From positions 100,574 through 164,573 of the forward strand of contig CAVPRM010000002.1 of the NCBI GenBank assembly GCA_963707945.1: a stretch of DNA of 64,000 nt, given 5' to 3'. How positions within the stretch are numbered: the stretch's first letter is position 1; each line of letters opens with the position of its first letter. The notes beneath the pieces were generated by a model. That model was not told the origin of the DNA and did no database searches. It saw nothing but the letters and a program-made list of their open reading frames with translations. A program made the position numbers and the translations under genes. This document shows positions 1-20,471 of this stretch, piece after piece. Source of the stretch: an uncultured delta proteobacterium. GTDB lineage: Bacteria; Myxococcota_A; UBA9160; SZUA-336.

Positions 1-2076
<2,076 letters not shown>

Positions 2077-2096
2077 CCAAGCCTTAGGAGGGCGAC

Positions 2097-6266
<4,170 letters not shown>

Positions 6267-6339
6267 GCTTCGGAGCTTCGCCGGATCTTCGCCCGGACCC
6301 CGGGCGGCTGCGGGTCGTCTACCGGCGCGAGTGCCTCGG

Positions 6340-6367
6340 TTGACGCAAAACCGTTTCCTGATATGAT
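6340..6367 (+). promoter_or_regulatory. putative sigma70-type promoter of the rpsL-rpsG-fusA-tuf operon
   Basis: TTGACG (6340-6345), 16-nt spacer, extended -10 TGaTATGAT (TATGAT 6362-6367). Sits in the 320-nt rpoC-rpsL gap, ~220 nt upstream of the rpsL ATG. Confidence 0.5.
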
Positions 6368-6586
6368 TCGGCCCCTTCCGAGCGGAGCCCGCCGATTCGT
6401 GATCGGCCCGCTTCGGATGGGTTGCTGCACCGTCGTCTGTGTAACAGGTCTACACAGAGCTCTGTGTCCACCGGGCCGTCCCGCAGGGGGGTGAGACTCC
6501 CTTCCCGCGGCCGGCCGCCGGACACGGATGCGTTTGCGCGGTGAAAGTTCTGCGCGGCGAGATCGCGCGGGGAAGACGAGTTCGAG

Positions 6587-6958
6587 ATGCCGACCATCCA
6601 GCAGCTGGTTCGCCGCGGTCGGGCGATCAAGCAAAAGAAGATCAAGGCGCGCGACCTGATGAAGTGTCCGCAGCGCCGCGGTGTGTGCATCCGCGTCTCG
6701 ACGCACACGCCCAAGAAGCCGAACTCGGCGCTGCGCAAAGTCGCGCGCGTGCGGCTGTCCAACGGGCGCGAGGTCTGGGCCTACATCCCCGGCGAAGGCC
6801 ACAACCTGCAGGAACACTCGGTGGTGTTGGTGCGCGGCGGCCGCGTGAAGGACCTGCCCGGCGTCCGCTACCACATCGTGCGCGGCACGCTCGACACGCT
6901 CGGCGTCGACGGCCGCAACCAGGGCCGCAGTCGCTACGGCACCAAGCGCCGGAAGTAG
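6587..6958 (+). CDS. rpsL: 30S ribosomal protein S12
   Basis: [12 protein letters not shown]...[58 protein letters not shown]. 123 aa, intact. Confidence 0.97.
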   Translation: MPTIQQLVRRGRAIKQKKIKARDLMKCPQRRGVCIRVSTHTPKKPNSALRKVARVRLSNGREVWAYIPGEGHNLQEHSVVLVRGGRVKDLPGVRYHIVRGTLDTLGVDGRNQGRSRYGTKRRK

Positions 6959-6969
6959 GAGCGCCAGAG

Positions 6970-7440
6970 ATGCCGCGACGACGCGAAGTTCCCCGCCGCG
7001 AGGCTCCGCCGGATCCGAAGTTCGGCGATCGCCAACTGGCGAAGTTCATCAACGTGCTCATGCAGCGCGGCAAGAAGAGCATCGCCGAGGCGATCGCCTA
7101 CGGCGCGCTCGAGCTGGTCGAGCAGCGCGGGCAGGAAGAGCCGGTCCGTTTGTTCCGCCGCGCGATCGACAACGTGCGGCCGCGGGTCGAGGTCAAGAGC
7201 CGGCGCGTCGGCGGCGCGACGTACCAGGTTCCGATCGAGGTCGCACCGAACCGGGGCACGGCGCTGGCGATGCGCTGGGTGGTGCACTCGGCGCGCTCGC
7301 GCGCGGGCAAGTCGATGGAGGAGAAGCTCGCTGCGGAGCTCCTCGACGCCGCCGCGGAGCGCGGCGAAGCGGTGCGCAAGCGCGAAGAGACGCATCGCAT
7401 GGCGGACGCGAATCGCGCGTACGCCCATTACCGCTGGTAG
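6970..7440 (+). CDS. rpsG: 30S ribosomal protein S7
   Basis: ATG 6970 inside track ORF 6541..7440. [40 protein letters not shown]...[14 protein letters not shown]...[10 protein letters not shown]. Follows rpsL. Confidence 0.95.
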   Translation: MPRRREVPRREAPPDPKFGDRQLAKFINVLMQRGKKSIAEAIAYGALELVEQRGQEEPVRLFRRAIDNVRPRVEVKSRRVGGATYQVPIEVAPNRGTALAMRWVVHSARSRAGKSMEEKLAAELLDAAAERGEAVRKREETHRMADANRAYAHYRW

Positions 7441-7453
7441 TGCGGGGACCAGC

Positions 7454-9520
<2,067 letters not shown>

Positions 9521-9537
9521 AAGAAGGGCCTCGTCGA

Positions 9538-10729
<1,192 letters not shown>

Positions 10730-10735
10730 CTCGCC

Positions 10736-11056
<321 letters not shown>

Positions 11057-11066
11057 GAAGTTCGCG

Positions 11067-11639
11067 ATGGACCTCGATCCCAAAGTCTTCGGCGCACCGG
11101 TTCGCAGCGACCTGCTGCACACGGTGAACCTCGCCCAGCAGGCTGCCAAGCGCTCCGGCACCGCCGCGGTGAAGAACCGCGCGAACGTGTCCGGCGGCGG
11201 CATCAAGCCGTGGCGCCAGAAGGGCACCGGCCGGGCCCGCCAGGGCACCATCCGCGCGCCGCACTGGGCCGGCGGCGGCGTCGTGCACGGACCGCGCCCG
11301 CGCGACTACTCGGTGTCGGTGCCGAAGAAGGTGCGCAAGGCGGCGCTCCGCTCGGCGCTCTCGCTGCGCAAGCGCGAGGATCGGGTGCTGGTCGTCGAGT
11401 CGCTCGTTCTCAGCGAGCCCAAGACCAAGCTTCTCGCCGCCAAGCTCCGGGAGCTGGGGGCCGAGGACGCGCTGATCGTGACCCGCGAGCGCGACCGCAA
11501 CCTCGAGCTCGCCGGCCGCAACCTCCCGCACGTGCGCGTGCTGCCCGTGATCGGCGTGAACGTCCGCGACGTTCTGCTGCGCAAGCATCTGGTGCTGGTC
11601 GGCGACGCCGTCGCGGCGCTGACGGAGCGACTGCAATGA
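11067..11639 (+). CDS. rplD: 50S ribosomal protein L4 (N-terminus looks ~15 aa short; follows rpsJ directly with no rplC)
   Basis: 190 aa. [48 protein letters not shown] is the L4 signature. ATG lies 10 nt after the rpsJ stop. Confidence 0.9.
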   Translation: MDLDPKVFGAPVRSDLLHTVNLAQQAAKRSGTAAVKNRANVSGGGIKPWRQKGTGRARQGTIRAPHWAGGGVVHGPRPRDYSVSVPKKVRKAALRSALSLRKREDRVLVVESLVLSEPKTKLLAAKLRELGAEDALIVTRERDRNLELAGRNLPHVRVLPVIGVNVRDVLLRKHLVLVGDAVAALTERLQ

Positions 11640-11926
11640 AGGATCTGCGCCAGGTGATTCGCCGCCCGGTGATCACGGAGAAGAGCACGATCGAGCGCGA
11701 GACGCGCAACATCGTGACCTTCGCCGTCCACCTCGACGCGAACAAGCACGAGATCAAGCGCGCGGTCGAGGAGCTCTTCGACGTGAAGGTCGAGGACGTC
11801 CGCACGCTGCGCGTGCGCGGCAAGATGCGCCGGGTCGGCAAGACCCAGGGCCAGCGCCCGTCGTGGAAGAAGGCGCGCGTGCGGCTGCGCGCGGGCGATT
11901 CGATCGAGTTCTTCGAGGGAGTGTGA
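11636..11926 (+). CDS. rplW: 50S ribosomal protein L23
   Basis: ATG 11636 (ATGA overlap with the rplD stop). [63 protein letters not shown]. Confidence 0.93.
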   Translation: MKDLRQVIRRPVITEKSTIERETRNIVTFAVHLDANKHEIKRAVEELFDVKVEDVRTLRVRGKMRRVGKTQGQRPSWKKARVRLRAGDSIEFFEGV

Positions 11927-11927
11927 G

Positions 11928-12756
11928 TTGCCGACGCGAAACTTCAAACCGACTTCTCCCGGCCGGCGCGGCATGTCGGTGCAGGACTTCGTCGAGATCA
12001 CGAAGACCACCCCCGAGAAGCGGCTCACCAAGGGCAAGTCGAGCTCGGGCGGCCGCAACAACCGCGGCAAGATCACCAGCTACCACCGCGGCGGCGGCCA
12101 CAAGAAGCGCTACCGCCAGATCGACTTCCGCCGCGACAAGCGCGACATCCCCGCGAAGGTCGCCGCGATCGAGTACGACCCGAACCGCTCCGCGCGGATC
12201 GCTCTGCTCCACTACGCCGACGGCGACAAGCGCTACATCCTGGCGCCGGCCGGCCTGAACGTCGGGCGACGTGATCCAGACCGGCGAGCGCGCCGAGATC
12301 AAGCCGGGCAACGCGCTGCCGCTGCGGCTGATCCCGACCGGCTCGCTCGTGCACAACATCGAGCTCAAGCCGGGCGCCGGCGGGCAGCTGGTGCGCTCGG
12401 CGGGCATGGGCGCGCAGCTGATGGCGCTCGAGGCGAAGTACGCGCAGCTGAAGCTGCCCTCGGGCGAGACGCGCAAGGTGCTCGCGAGCTGCCTCGCCAC
12501 GATCGGGCAGGTCGGCAACGCCGAGCACGAGAACGTGGCCATCGGCAAGGCCGGCCGCTCGCGCTGGCTCGGCATCCGGCCGAACGTGCGCGGCGTCGCG
12601 ATGAACCCGGTGGATCACCCGCACGGCGGCGGCGAAGGCCGCACCTCCGGCGGTCGCCATCCCGTCAGCCCGTGGGGTCAGCCGACCAAGGGCCACAAGA
12701 CGCGCAACAACCGGCGCACGGACGTCTTCATCGTGCGCCGACGAGGACAGAAGTAA
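11928..12756 (+). CDS. rplB: 50S ribosomal protein L2; frame broken by a +1 indel at ~12264-12267
   Basis: TTG start. [25 protein letters not shown]...[27 protein letters not shown], then the next frame (track ORF 12271..12756): [45 protein letters not shown]...[29 protein letters not shown]. Length 829 = 3n+1. gtcGGGCgac where GGC is expected. Confidence 0.94.
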
Positions 12757-13097
12757 TGGCGCGCTCCGTAAAGAAGGGACCGTACGTCCAGGCGTCGCTC
12801 CAGAGGAAGATCGAGCGGCTCGCCCAGTCGGGCGGCCGTCAGATCATCCGCACCTGGTCGCGGCGCTCGATGATCACGCCCGAGATGATCGGCGGCACGC
12901 TGCACGTGCACAACGGCAAGCTGTTCATGCCCGTGTTCGTGACGGAGAACATGGTCGGCCACCGGCTCGGCGAGTTCGCGCCCACCCGCAAGCCCGTCGT
13001 GCACTCCGGCGACCGCAAGGTGAAGGCGGCCCCGACCGGCGGCCCGCCGCCTGCGGCGGGCGGCGGCGGCGCGCCCGCGCCGAAGGCGGGCGGCTGA
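12756..13097 (+). CDS. rpsS: 30S ribosomal protein S19 with Gly/Pro/Ala-rich C-terminal tail
   Basis: ATG 12756 overlaps the rpl[26 protein letters not shown]...[49 protein letters not shown], then ...[24 protein letters not shown]. Confidence 0.94.
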   Translation: MARSVKKGPYVQASLQRKIERLAQSGGRQIIRTWSRRSMITPEMIGGTLHVHNGKLFMPVFVTENMVGHRLGEFAPTRKPVVHSGDRKVKAAPTGGPPPAAGGGGAPAPKAGG

Positions 13098-13444
13098 TGG
13101 AAGTCGTGGCCAAGCTGCGCGGCGTGCGCTTCCGGCCCCAGAAGGGCCGGCTGGTCGCGGACCTGATCCGCACGAAGCCCGCGGGCCTCGCGCTCGAGAT
13201 CCTGGTCTCGTGCGAGAAGTCCGCGGCGCGCTCCTTCGAGAAGGTGCTGCGCTCGGCGCTGGCCAACGCGGTCGAGCACAACGCGCGGCATCAGGCCGGC
13301 ATCGACCTCGACAACCTGTACGTGAAGCGCGTGACCGTCGACGAGGGGCCGCGCGCGTGGCGAATCCGCCCGCGCGCACAGGGCCGCGCGAACTGGATCA
13401 ACAAGGGCTCGAGTCACGTGACCGTCGTCCTGGACGAGCGGTAG
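13097..13444 (+). CDS. rplV: 50S ribosomal protein L22
   Basis: 115 aa. [32 protein letters not shown]...[32 protein letters not shown]. Confidence 0.94.
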   Translation: MEVVAKLRGVRFRPQKGRLVADLIRTKPAGLALEILVSCEKSAARSFEKVLRSALANAVEHNARHQAGIDLDNLYVKRVTVDEGPRAWRIRPRAQGRANWINKGSSHVTVVLDER

Positions 13445-13452
13445 GAGAGGGC

Positions 13453-14130
13453 GTGGGACAGAAGGTACATCCGTACGGCTTCCGGCTGGGCGTGATCTAC
13501 GGCTGGCAGTCGAATTGGTTCTCGGAGCGGAACTACTCGACCAATCTGCACGAGGACCTGCGCATCCGCGACTTCATCAAGCGGCGCGCATTCCACGCCG
13601 GGATCAGCAAGATCGTGATCGAGCGCCGCGCCGAGAAGATGTCGGTCAACATCCACACCGCGCGGCCGGGGATCCTGATCGGCAAGCGCGGCGCCGACGT
13701 CGACGCGCTCCGGCGCGAAGTCTCGGAGATGACCAAGAACGAGGTCTTCATCAACATCCGCGAGGTGCGCAAGGCCGAGACCGACGCGCAGCTCATCGCG
13801 GAGAACATCGCGCTGCAGCTCGAGCGCCGCGTCGCGTTCCGGCGCGCGATGAAGAAGGCGATGAGCGCCGCGCTGAAGTTCGGCGCACAGGGCGTGAAGG
13901 TGAAGGTCGCGGGACGGCTCGGCGGCGCCGAGATGTCGCGCGTGGTGCAGTACATGGAAGGGCGCGTGCCGCTTCACACGCTGCGCGCCCAGATCGAGTT
14001 CGGCTTCTGGGAAGCGCGCTGTCCGTACGGCGTGATCGGCGTGAAGTGCTGGATCTTCAGCGGCCTCGTGCCGGACGCGAAGCTGGCCGAGCACCGACTG
14101 GGGACGCCCGAAGAGGCGCAGGCGCGCTAG
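13453..14130 (+). CDS. rpsC: 30S ribosomal protein S3
   Basis: GTG 13453 inside track ORF 13210..14130, SD GGAGAGG upstream. [27 protein letters not shown]...[18 protein letters not shown]...[12 protein letters not shown]. Confidence 0.94.
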   Translation: MGQKVHPYGFRLGVIYGWQSNWFSERNYSTNLHEDLRIRDFIKRRAFHAGISKIVIERRAEKMSVNIHTARPGILIGKRGADVDALRREVSEMTKNEVFINIREVRKAETDAQLIAENIALQLERRVAFRRAMKKAMSAALKFGAQGVKVKVAGRLGGAEMSRVVQYMEGRVPLHTLRAQIEFGFWEARCPYGVIGVKCWIFSGLVPDAKLAEHRLGTPEEAQAR

Positions 14131-14148
14131 CCGCCGCGGAAAGAACCG

Positions 14149-14562
14149 ATGCTACAGCCCAAGCGAACCAAGTACCGGAAGGTCCAGAAGGGCCGCACGC
14201 GCGGCAAAGCGTACCGCGGCAGCGAGCTCGCGTTCGGCGAGTACGGCCTGCAGGCGCTCGACCACGGGCTCGTGACCGCGCGCCAGATCGAGGCCGCGCG
14301 CGTCGCGATGACCCGCCACGCCAAGCGCGGCGGCAAGATCTGGATCCGCATCTTCCCGGACAAGCCGATGACCAAGCGCCCGCCGGAAACGCGCATGGGC
14401 AAGGGCAAGGGCAATCCCGAGTTCTGGGCCTGCGTCGTGAAGCAGGGACGGGTCCTGTACGAGATGGAAGGGGTCGACCGCGCCACCGCGCGCGAAGCCC
14501 TGCGCCTCGCGGCGCACAAGATCGGCCTGCGCACGCGCATCCTCGAGAGGCACGAAGCATGA
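14149..14562 (+). CDS. rplP: 50S ribosomal protein L16
   Basis: 137 aa. [73 protein letters not shown]. Confidence 0.96.
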   Translation: MLQPKRTKYRKVQKGRTRGKAYRGSELAFGEYGLQALDHGLVTARQIEAARVAMTRHAKRGGKIWIRIFPDKPMTKRPPETRMGKGKGNPEFWACVVKQGRVLYEMEGVDRATAREALRLAAHKIGLRTRILERHEA

Positions 14563-14753
14563 CGCCCGCCGATCTGCGCAAGCTGTCCGACATCGAGCTC
14601 GACGAGCGCGTCCGACAGATCCGCGACCAGGTTTTCGACCTGCGCATCAAGCAGGCGACCCAGCAGCTGGAGAAGACCGCGACCCTGCGCCAGGTGCGCC
14701 GCGACCTCGCTCGCGCGCTCACGATCCAGGCCGAGCGGAAGGAGAAAGCATGA
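14559..14753 (+). CDS. rpmC: 50S ribosomal protein L29
   Basis: ATG 14559 (ATGA overlap with rplP). [55 protein letters not shown]. Confidence 0.92.
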   Translation: MTPADLRKLSDIELDERVRQIRDQVFDLRIKQATQQLEKTATLRQVRRDLARALTIQAERKEKA

Positions 14754-14998
14754 GTGCGCGCGGTCTGCGCAAGACGCGAGACGGCGTGGTGGTTTCCGAC
14801 AAGATGGACAAGTCCGTCATCGTCGAGGTCAGCCGCACCGTCCTGCACCCGCTCTATCAGAAGTACGTGCGCAAGCGGACGCGCTTCATGGCGCACGACG
14901 AGACGAACGAGCTCAAGATCGGGGACAAGGTCCGCATCGTGGAGTCGCGCCCGATGTCGCGCCGCAAGCGCTGGCGCGTCCAGGAGAAGCTGGCGTGA
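14750..14998 (+). CDS. rpsQ: 30S ribosomal protein S17
   Basis: 82 aa. [71 protein letters not shown]. Confidence 0.94.
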   Translation: MSARGLRKTRDGVVVSDKMDKSVIVEVSRTVLHPLYQKYVRKRTRFMAHDETNELKIGDKVRIVESRPMSRRKRWRVQEKLA

Positions 14999-15364
14999 TC
15001 CAGATGCAGTCGATCCTGGACGTGGCGGACAACTCGGGCGCGCGCCGAGTGTTCTGCGTGAAGGTGCTCGGCGGCTCGCAGCGCCGCTACGCCTCCATCG
15101 GCGACATCATCGTGGTGTCGGTGAAGGAGGCGCTGCCCGGCGCGCGGGTCAAGAAGAAGCAGATCCACAAGGCGGTGATCGTGCAGGACCAAGAAGGAGA
15201 TCGGGCGCTCGGACGGCTCGTACATCCGCTTCGACGACAACTCCGTCGTGCTGGTCGACAACAACCGCGAGCCGATCGGAACGCGCATCTTCGGGCCCGT
15301 CGCGCGCGAGCTCCGCGCGAAGCGCTTCATGAAGATCGTCTCGCTGGCGCCGGAGGTCCTCTGA
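14995..15364 (+). CDS. rplN: 50S ribosomal protein L14; frame broken by a +1 indel near 15181-15185
   Basis: GTG start. [63 protein letters not shown], then the next frame reads [59 protein letters not shown], stop TGA 15362-15364. Length 370 = 3n+1. Confidence 0.93.
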
Positions 15365-15676
15365 GTGGCCGCCAAGATCAAGAAGGGCGACACCGTCGAG
15401 ATCACGACCGGCAAGGACCGCGGCAAGCGCGGCGCCGTGCTGCGCATCGACCGCGAGCGCGACCGCGTCGTGGTCGAGCGGCTCAACATCGTGAAGAAGC
15501 ACCAGAAGCCCACCGCGACCACGCGCCAGGGCGGGATCATCGACAAGGAAGCGCCGCTGCACATCTCGAACGTGGCGCTGGTGCACAAGGGCGAGAAGAC
15601 GCGGGTGGCGTTCCGCGTGGTCAACGGAAAGAAGACGCGCTGGAGCGTGCGCCACGACGAGGCGATCGATGGCTGA
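15365..15676 (+). CDS. rplX: 50S ribosomal protein L24
   Basis: 103 aa, GTG start. [47 protein letters not shown]...[18 protein letters not shown]. Confidence 0.94.
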   Translation: MAAKIKKGDTVEITTGKDRGKRGAVLRIDRERDRVVVERLNIVKKHQKPTATTRQGGIIDKEAPLHISNVALVHKGEKTRVAFRVVNGKKTRWSVRHDEAIDG

Positions 15677-16420
15677 CGAAGAGAAGCCCAAGAAGAAGGG
15701 CAAGAAGGCCGACGCCGCTGCCGGCGCCGAAGCCAAGCCCGAGAAGGCGGAGCGCAAGGAGAAGTCCGAGCGCCAGGCCAAGGGGAAGGGCAAGGGCGAC
15801 GACAAGGCCGAGGCGAAGCGGCCCGAACGCGCGCACAAGGACGCGCCCGCCGTTCCGCCGGTCGTCGTCGAGAACTACGTGCCGCGCATGCTCGAGACCT
15901 ACCGCAGCGCGGTCGCGCCCGAGCTGCAGAAGCGGTTCTCCTACAAGAACGCGATGCAGGTTCCGCGGGTGGTGAAGATCACGCTGAACGTCGGGCTCGG
16001 CGAAGCGACCCAGAACCCGAAGCTGCTCGACGCGGCGGCGGCGGAGATCGCGGCGATGACCGGGCAGAAGCCGGTGATCCAGAAGGCCAAGAAGGCGATC
16101 GCGAACTTCCGCCTGCGCGAGAACCAGCGGATCGGCGTGACCGTCACGCTGCGCCGCCAGCGCATGTGGGAGTTCCTCGACCGGCTCGTGAACGTCGCGC
16201 TCCCGCGCGTGCGCGACTTCCGCGGCGTCTCGCCGCGCGCGCTTCGACGGGCGCGGCAACTACACGCTCGGCCTGCGCGAGCAGATCATCTTCCCCGAGG
16301 TCGACTACGACAAGGTCGAGAAGATCCGGGGCCTGAACGTGTCGATCGTGACGACGGCGCGGACCGACGAGGAGGGCCTCGCGCTCCTCACCGGTCTGGG
16401 CATGCCGTTCCGGCACCTGA
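15669..16420 (+). CDS. rplE: 50S ribosomal protein L5 with ~65-aa Lys/Ala/Glu-rich N-terminal extension; two +1 indels (~16240 and ~16414)
   Basis: [32 protein letters not shown]..., then the L5 core [44 protein letters not shown]...[10 protein letters not shown]. The next frame reads [58 protein letters not shown] further +1 is needed to reach TGA 16418-16420. Length 752 = 3n+2. Confidence 0.9.
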
Positions 16421-16426
16421 GGAAAC

Positions 16427-16636
16427 ATGGCGAAGACTTCCAAACGAAATCAGCAGACGCGCCTGCGGGCGCTGCGCCTCGCGGGCAAGCTCCAGTTCCG
16501 CACGCGCTACTACAACCGCTGTCAGCGCTGCGGTCGCGCGCGCGGCTACTACCGCAAGTTCGACCTGTGCCGGATCTGCCTGCGCAAGCTCGCGCTCGAA
16601 GGCAAGCTTCCCGGCGTCACGAAGTCGAGCTGGTGA
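16427..16636 (+). CDS. rpsN: 30S ribosomal protein S14, zinc-ribbon (type Z) form
   Basis: 69 aa. ...[43 protein letters not shown] (CxxC...CxxC). Confidence 0.93.
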   Translation: MAKTSKRNQQTRLRALRLAGKLQFRTRYYNRCQRCGRARGYYRKFDLCRICLRKLALEGKLPGVTKSSW

Positions 16637-16643
16637 GGATGCC

Positions 16644-17043
<400 letters not shown>

Positions 17044-17045
17044 CC

Positions 17046-17596
17046 ATGTCCCGAATCGGCCGACAACCCGTTCCGCTCGGCAAGGGCGTCGAAGTCAACG
17101 TCGCCGAAGGACGGGTGCGCGTGAAGGGTCCCAAGGGCCAGCTCGAGGAGGCCGTCGCGCCGCACTGCCGGGTCGAGGTCGCCTCGGGCGAGGTGATCGT
17201 GCACCGCGACGGCGACGAGAAGCGCGCCAAGGCGATGCACGGCCTGATGCGCGGCGCTGGTCGCGAACATGGTGAAGGGCGTGACCGAGGGCTTCTCGCG
17301 CTCGCTCGACATCATCGGCGTCGGCTACCGCGCCGAGGTCGCGGGCAAGAAGCTGACCCTCACGATCGGCTTCTCGCACCCGGTCGTCATGGCGATCCCG
17401 CAGGGGCTCGAGGTCGTCGCCGAGAGCCAGACCCGGCTGCTCGTGCGCGGCGCGAGCAAGCAGCAGGTCGGTCAGTTCGCGGCGGAGATCCGCAAGGTGC
17501 GCGCAGCCGGAGCCGTACAAGGGCAAGGGCATTCGCTACGTGGACGAACAGGTGCGGCGCAAGGTCGGCAAGACCGGCGTCTCGGCAGGGAGCTAG
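17046..17596 (+). CDS. rplF: 50S ribosomal protein L6; two +1 indels (~17253 and ~17505)
   Basis: [35 protein letters not shown]...AMHGLMR, then (track ORF 17269 frame) [50 protein letters not shown]...AAEIRKVR, then [29 protein letters not shown], stop TAG 17594-17596. Length 551 = 3n+2. Confidence 0.92.
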
Positions 17597-17601
17597 CGGA
17601 C

Positions 17602-17966
17602 ATGTCGGTGGCGACTGCGCAAGGCGCTCCTGATGCGGCGGAAGCGCCACACGCGCAAGCAGCTGCGCGAACGGCGAGCGGCCGCTGCTCACGGTGTACC
17701 GGAGCTCGAAGCACATCTACGCGCAGATCGTGGATCCGCTCTCGGGCAAGACGCTGTCCGGGGCCTCGACCCGCACGCCCGGCGTTCGCGACGGCCTGAA
17801 GTCCACCAAGGATCTCGAGGCCGCCAAGAAGGTCGGCACGGCGATCGCAAAGCTCGCGCTCGAGAAGGACATCAAGGCCGTGAGCTTCAACCGCAACGGC
17901 TTCGTTTACACCGGTCGCGTGAAGGCGCTCGCCGACGCCGCCCGCGAAGCCGGACTTTCATTCTAA
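17602..17966 (+). CDS. rplR: 50S ribosomal protein L18; +1 indel near 17667-17673 and probably another near 17610-17616
   Basis: ATG 17602 has a strong SD (AGGGAG 8 nt upstream). [18 protein letters not shown] reads in the next frame and [28 protein letters not shown]...[23 protein letters not shown] in the third (track ORF 17694..17966). Length 365 = 3n+2. Alternative start: ATG 17633 with only one indel. Confidence 0.88.
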
Positions 17967-18013
17967 GGACGAATTGATGGCGCGACGGAATCAGAGACGC
18001 GGCGAACGGCTGA

Positions 18014-18493
18014 ATGCCGAACGACTACGAGCTCGAGGAGCGCGTGGTCGACATCAACCGCGTCGCCAAGGTCGTGAAGGGCGGACGCCGCTTCGGCTTC
18101 ACGGCGCTCGTGGTGCTCGGCAACGGTCACGGCGTGGTCGGCTCGGGGCTGGGCAAGGCGAACGAGGTGCCCGAGGCGATCCGCAAGGGCATCGAGCAGG
18201 CGCGCAAGAACCTGGTGAGCGTGCCGCTCCACGACGGCACCATCCCTCACGAGGTCATGGGCGAGTTCGGCGCGGGGCGCGTCGTGCTGCGGCCCGCCTC
18301 GCGCGGAACCGGCGTGATCGCGGGCGGCGCGGTGCGCGCGCTCTGCGAGGCCGCGGGCGTGCAGAACGTGCTGACCAAGTGCCTGGGCACGAACCGCCAC
18401 CACAACGTGATCCGCGCGACCTTGGACGCCTTCAGCCAGCTGCGGCTCCGCGACGAACGCGAGCAGGAGCTGCGCGGAGCGGAGGCGCGCTGA
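18014..18493 (+). CDS. rpsE: 30S ribosomal protein S5 (true start possibly ATG 17977 with one more +1 indel near 18010)
   Basis: 159-aa [65 protein letters not shown]...[22 protein letters not shown] 17977 has a better SD (AAGGA, 7-nt spacing) and reads [13 protein letters not shown] in the neighbouring frame. Confidence 0.92.
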   Translation: MPNDYELEERVVDINRVAKVVKGGRRFGFTALVVLGNGHGVVGSGLGKANEVPEAIRKGIEQARKNLVSVPLHDGTIPHEVMGEFGAGRVVLRPASRGTGVIAGGAVRALCEAAGVQNVLTKCLGTNRHHNVIRATLDAFSQLRLRDEREQELRGAEAR

Positions 18494-18708
18494 TGGCCGC
18501 GAAGAAGCCGAAGAAGAGCGCGAAGGGCGGCGCGACCGTGCGCGTGCGCCAGACGCGCAGCGCGATCGGCTACGCGCCGGATCAGCACGCGACCCTGCGC
18601 GGGCTCGGCCTGGGCTGGCCCGGCGCGACCAAGGAGCTCGTCGACACGCCCGCGGTGCGCGGGATGATCCGCAAGGTGATTCACCTCGTCGCGGTGGAGG
18701 GCGAGTGA
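18493..18708 (+). CDS. rpmD: 50S ribosomal protein L30
   Basis: ATG 18493 overlaps the rps[70 protein letters not shown]. Confidence 0.92.
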   Translation: MAAKKPKKSAKGGATVRVRQTRSAIGYAPDQHATLRGLGLGWPGATKELVDTPAVRGMIRKVIHLVAVEGE

Positions 18709-19154
18709 TGCTCGATCGACTCAAGCCCGCACCCGGTTCGCGTCGGCCGCGCAAGCGCGTCGGCCGCGGCGTCGGCAGCGGCAGTGCGAAGACCTCGGGC
18801 CGCGGCACCAAGGGTGCGGGAGCGCGCGCGGGCCGCAAGCACAAGCCGCACCGCGAAGGCGGTCAGATCCCGCTGATCATGCGCATGCCCAAGCGCGGCT
18901 TCCGCAGTCCCTCGGCCGGCGACTCCGCGCAGGTCGTGAACGTGAAGGCGCTCGCCCGATTCAAGAAGGGCGCCGAGGTCGACGCCGCGGCGCTCGCCGA
19001 GGCGGGTCTGATCCGTAGCGCGGCCAAGCCCGTGAAGCTGCTCGGCGACGGCGCCATCGAGAATGCCGTCAAGGTCGTGGTCAACCAGGCCTCTGCGTCG
19101 GCGCGCGCCAAGGTGGAAGCGGCCGGCGGGAGCGTGGAGCTCGTGCAGGCATGA
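18705..19154 (+). CDS. rplO: 50S ribosomal protein L15
   Basis: 149 aa. [41 protein letters not shown]...[15 protein letters not shown]. Confidence 0.94.
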   Translation: MMLDRLKPAPGSRRPRKRVGRGVGSGSAKTSGRGTKGAGARAGRKHKPHREGGQIPLIMRMPKRGFRSPSAGDSAQVVNVKALARFKKGAEVDAAALAEAGLIRSAAKPVKLLGDGAIENAVKVVVNQASASARAKVEAAGGSVELVQA

Positions 19155-20471
19155 ACCCCGGCGCGATCGGAAACATCACCCGCATCCCCGAGCTGAACCG
19201 GCGCATCCTGTTCACGTTCGCGATGCTGGCGGTGTACCGCCTCGGCTGCGCGGTTCCCACTCCCGGGATCGATCCCGACCGAGATCCGCCACTACTTCGA
19301 CCAGTCCGGCGACGGCGGCGGCGTGTTCGGGCTGATGAACCTGTTCACCGGCGGCGCGTTCGAGCAGCTCTCGGTGTTCTCGCTCGGCATCATGCCGTAC
19401 GTCTCCTCGTCGATCATTCTGCAGCTGCTCGCCGTCGTGATCCCCAAGCTCGACGAGCTGCGCAAGGAGGGCGAGGAGGGCCGGCGCGTGATCACGCGCT
19501 ACACACGCTACGGCACCGTGGTCCTGGCCGTGGTGCAGGGCTTCCTGATGGCGACGGCGCTCGAGAACGGGGCGCTCGGCGCCAACACCGTCATGAACCC
19601 CGGCTGGATGTTCAAGATCACGACGATCATCACGCTGGCCGCGGGAACCTCGTTCATCATGTGGCTCGGCGAGCAGATCAACGAGCGCGGGATCGGCAAC
19701 GGCATCTCGCTCGTCATCTTCGCCGGCATCGTCACGCGCATCCCCTCCGCGCTCAGCCGCGTCTGGGACATGATGCGCACCGACCAGATCTCGCCGCTCG
19801 CGTTCCTGCTGCTGGTCGGCTTCATGGTCGCGGTGGTGGGCGTGATCGTGTACTTCGAGCGCGCCCAGCGGCGCATCCCCATCCAGTACGCGCGGCGTGT
19901 GGTCGGCCGCCGCCAGCTCGCCGGCGGCATGACCTATTTCCCGCTGCGGTTGAACACCTCGGGGGTCATCCCGCCGATCTTCGCTTCGTCGCTCCTGGTC
20001 CTGCCGCTCCAGCTCGCCCAGTGGAGCGGCTACGAGTCGATCGCGGACTTCTTCAACGACTACCTGGGCTGGCACACCTGGGGCCACAACCTGCTCTACG
20101 TGGCGCTGATCCTGTTCTTCGCCTACTTCTACACCGGGGTCATGCTCGACCCCGACGACGTCGCGGAGAACGTCCGCAAGAACGGCGGGTACATCCCGGG
20201 CATCCGGCCCGGCAAGCGCACGGCCGAGTACATCCAGCGCGTGCTGAACCGGATCACCCTGATCGGCGCCATGTACCTGGCGGCGGTCTGCGTGCTGCCG
20301 AACCTGCTGCAGAGCGAGTTCGCGGTCCCGTTCGTGTTCGGCGGAACGGCGCTCCTCATCGTCGTCGGCGTCGCGATGGACACGGTCGGCCAGGTGGAAG
20401 CGCACCTGGTCGCGCACAACTACGACAGCTTCGTGCAGGGCGCGCGCCTGCGCGGTCGGGGCGGCAGATGA
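19151..20471 (+). CDS. secY: preprotein translocase subunit SecY; frame broken by a +1 indel near 19277-19281
   Basis: [42 protein letters not shown], then the next frame (track ORF 19323..20471) EIRHYFDQSGDGGGVFGLMNLFTGGAFEQLSVFSLGIMPYVSSSIILQLL...WLGEQINERGIGNGISLVIFAGI. Length 1321 = 3n+1. Confidence 0.94.

Noticed and set aside
6541-7440. 299-aa track ORF spanning rpsL out of frame and continuing into rpsG. Similar chimeric long track ORFs include 7810-10347, 11928-13097, 15669-17633, 19151-21037, 23632-25473, 29144-31948, 39717-43223 and 45741-48638.
   Set aside because: These are artefacts of the rarity of stop codons in GC-rich DNA, so adjacent genes that share a frame get merged. Only the segments with recognisable protein sequence were annotated, using internal start codons.
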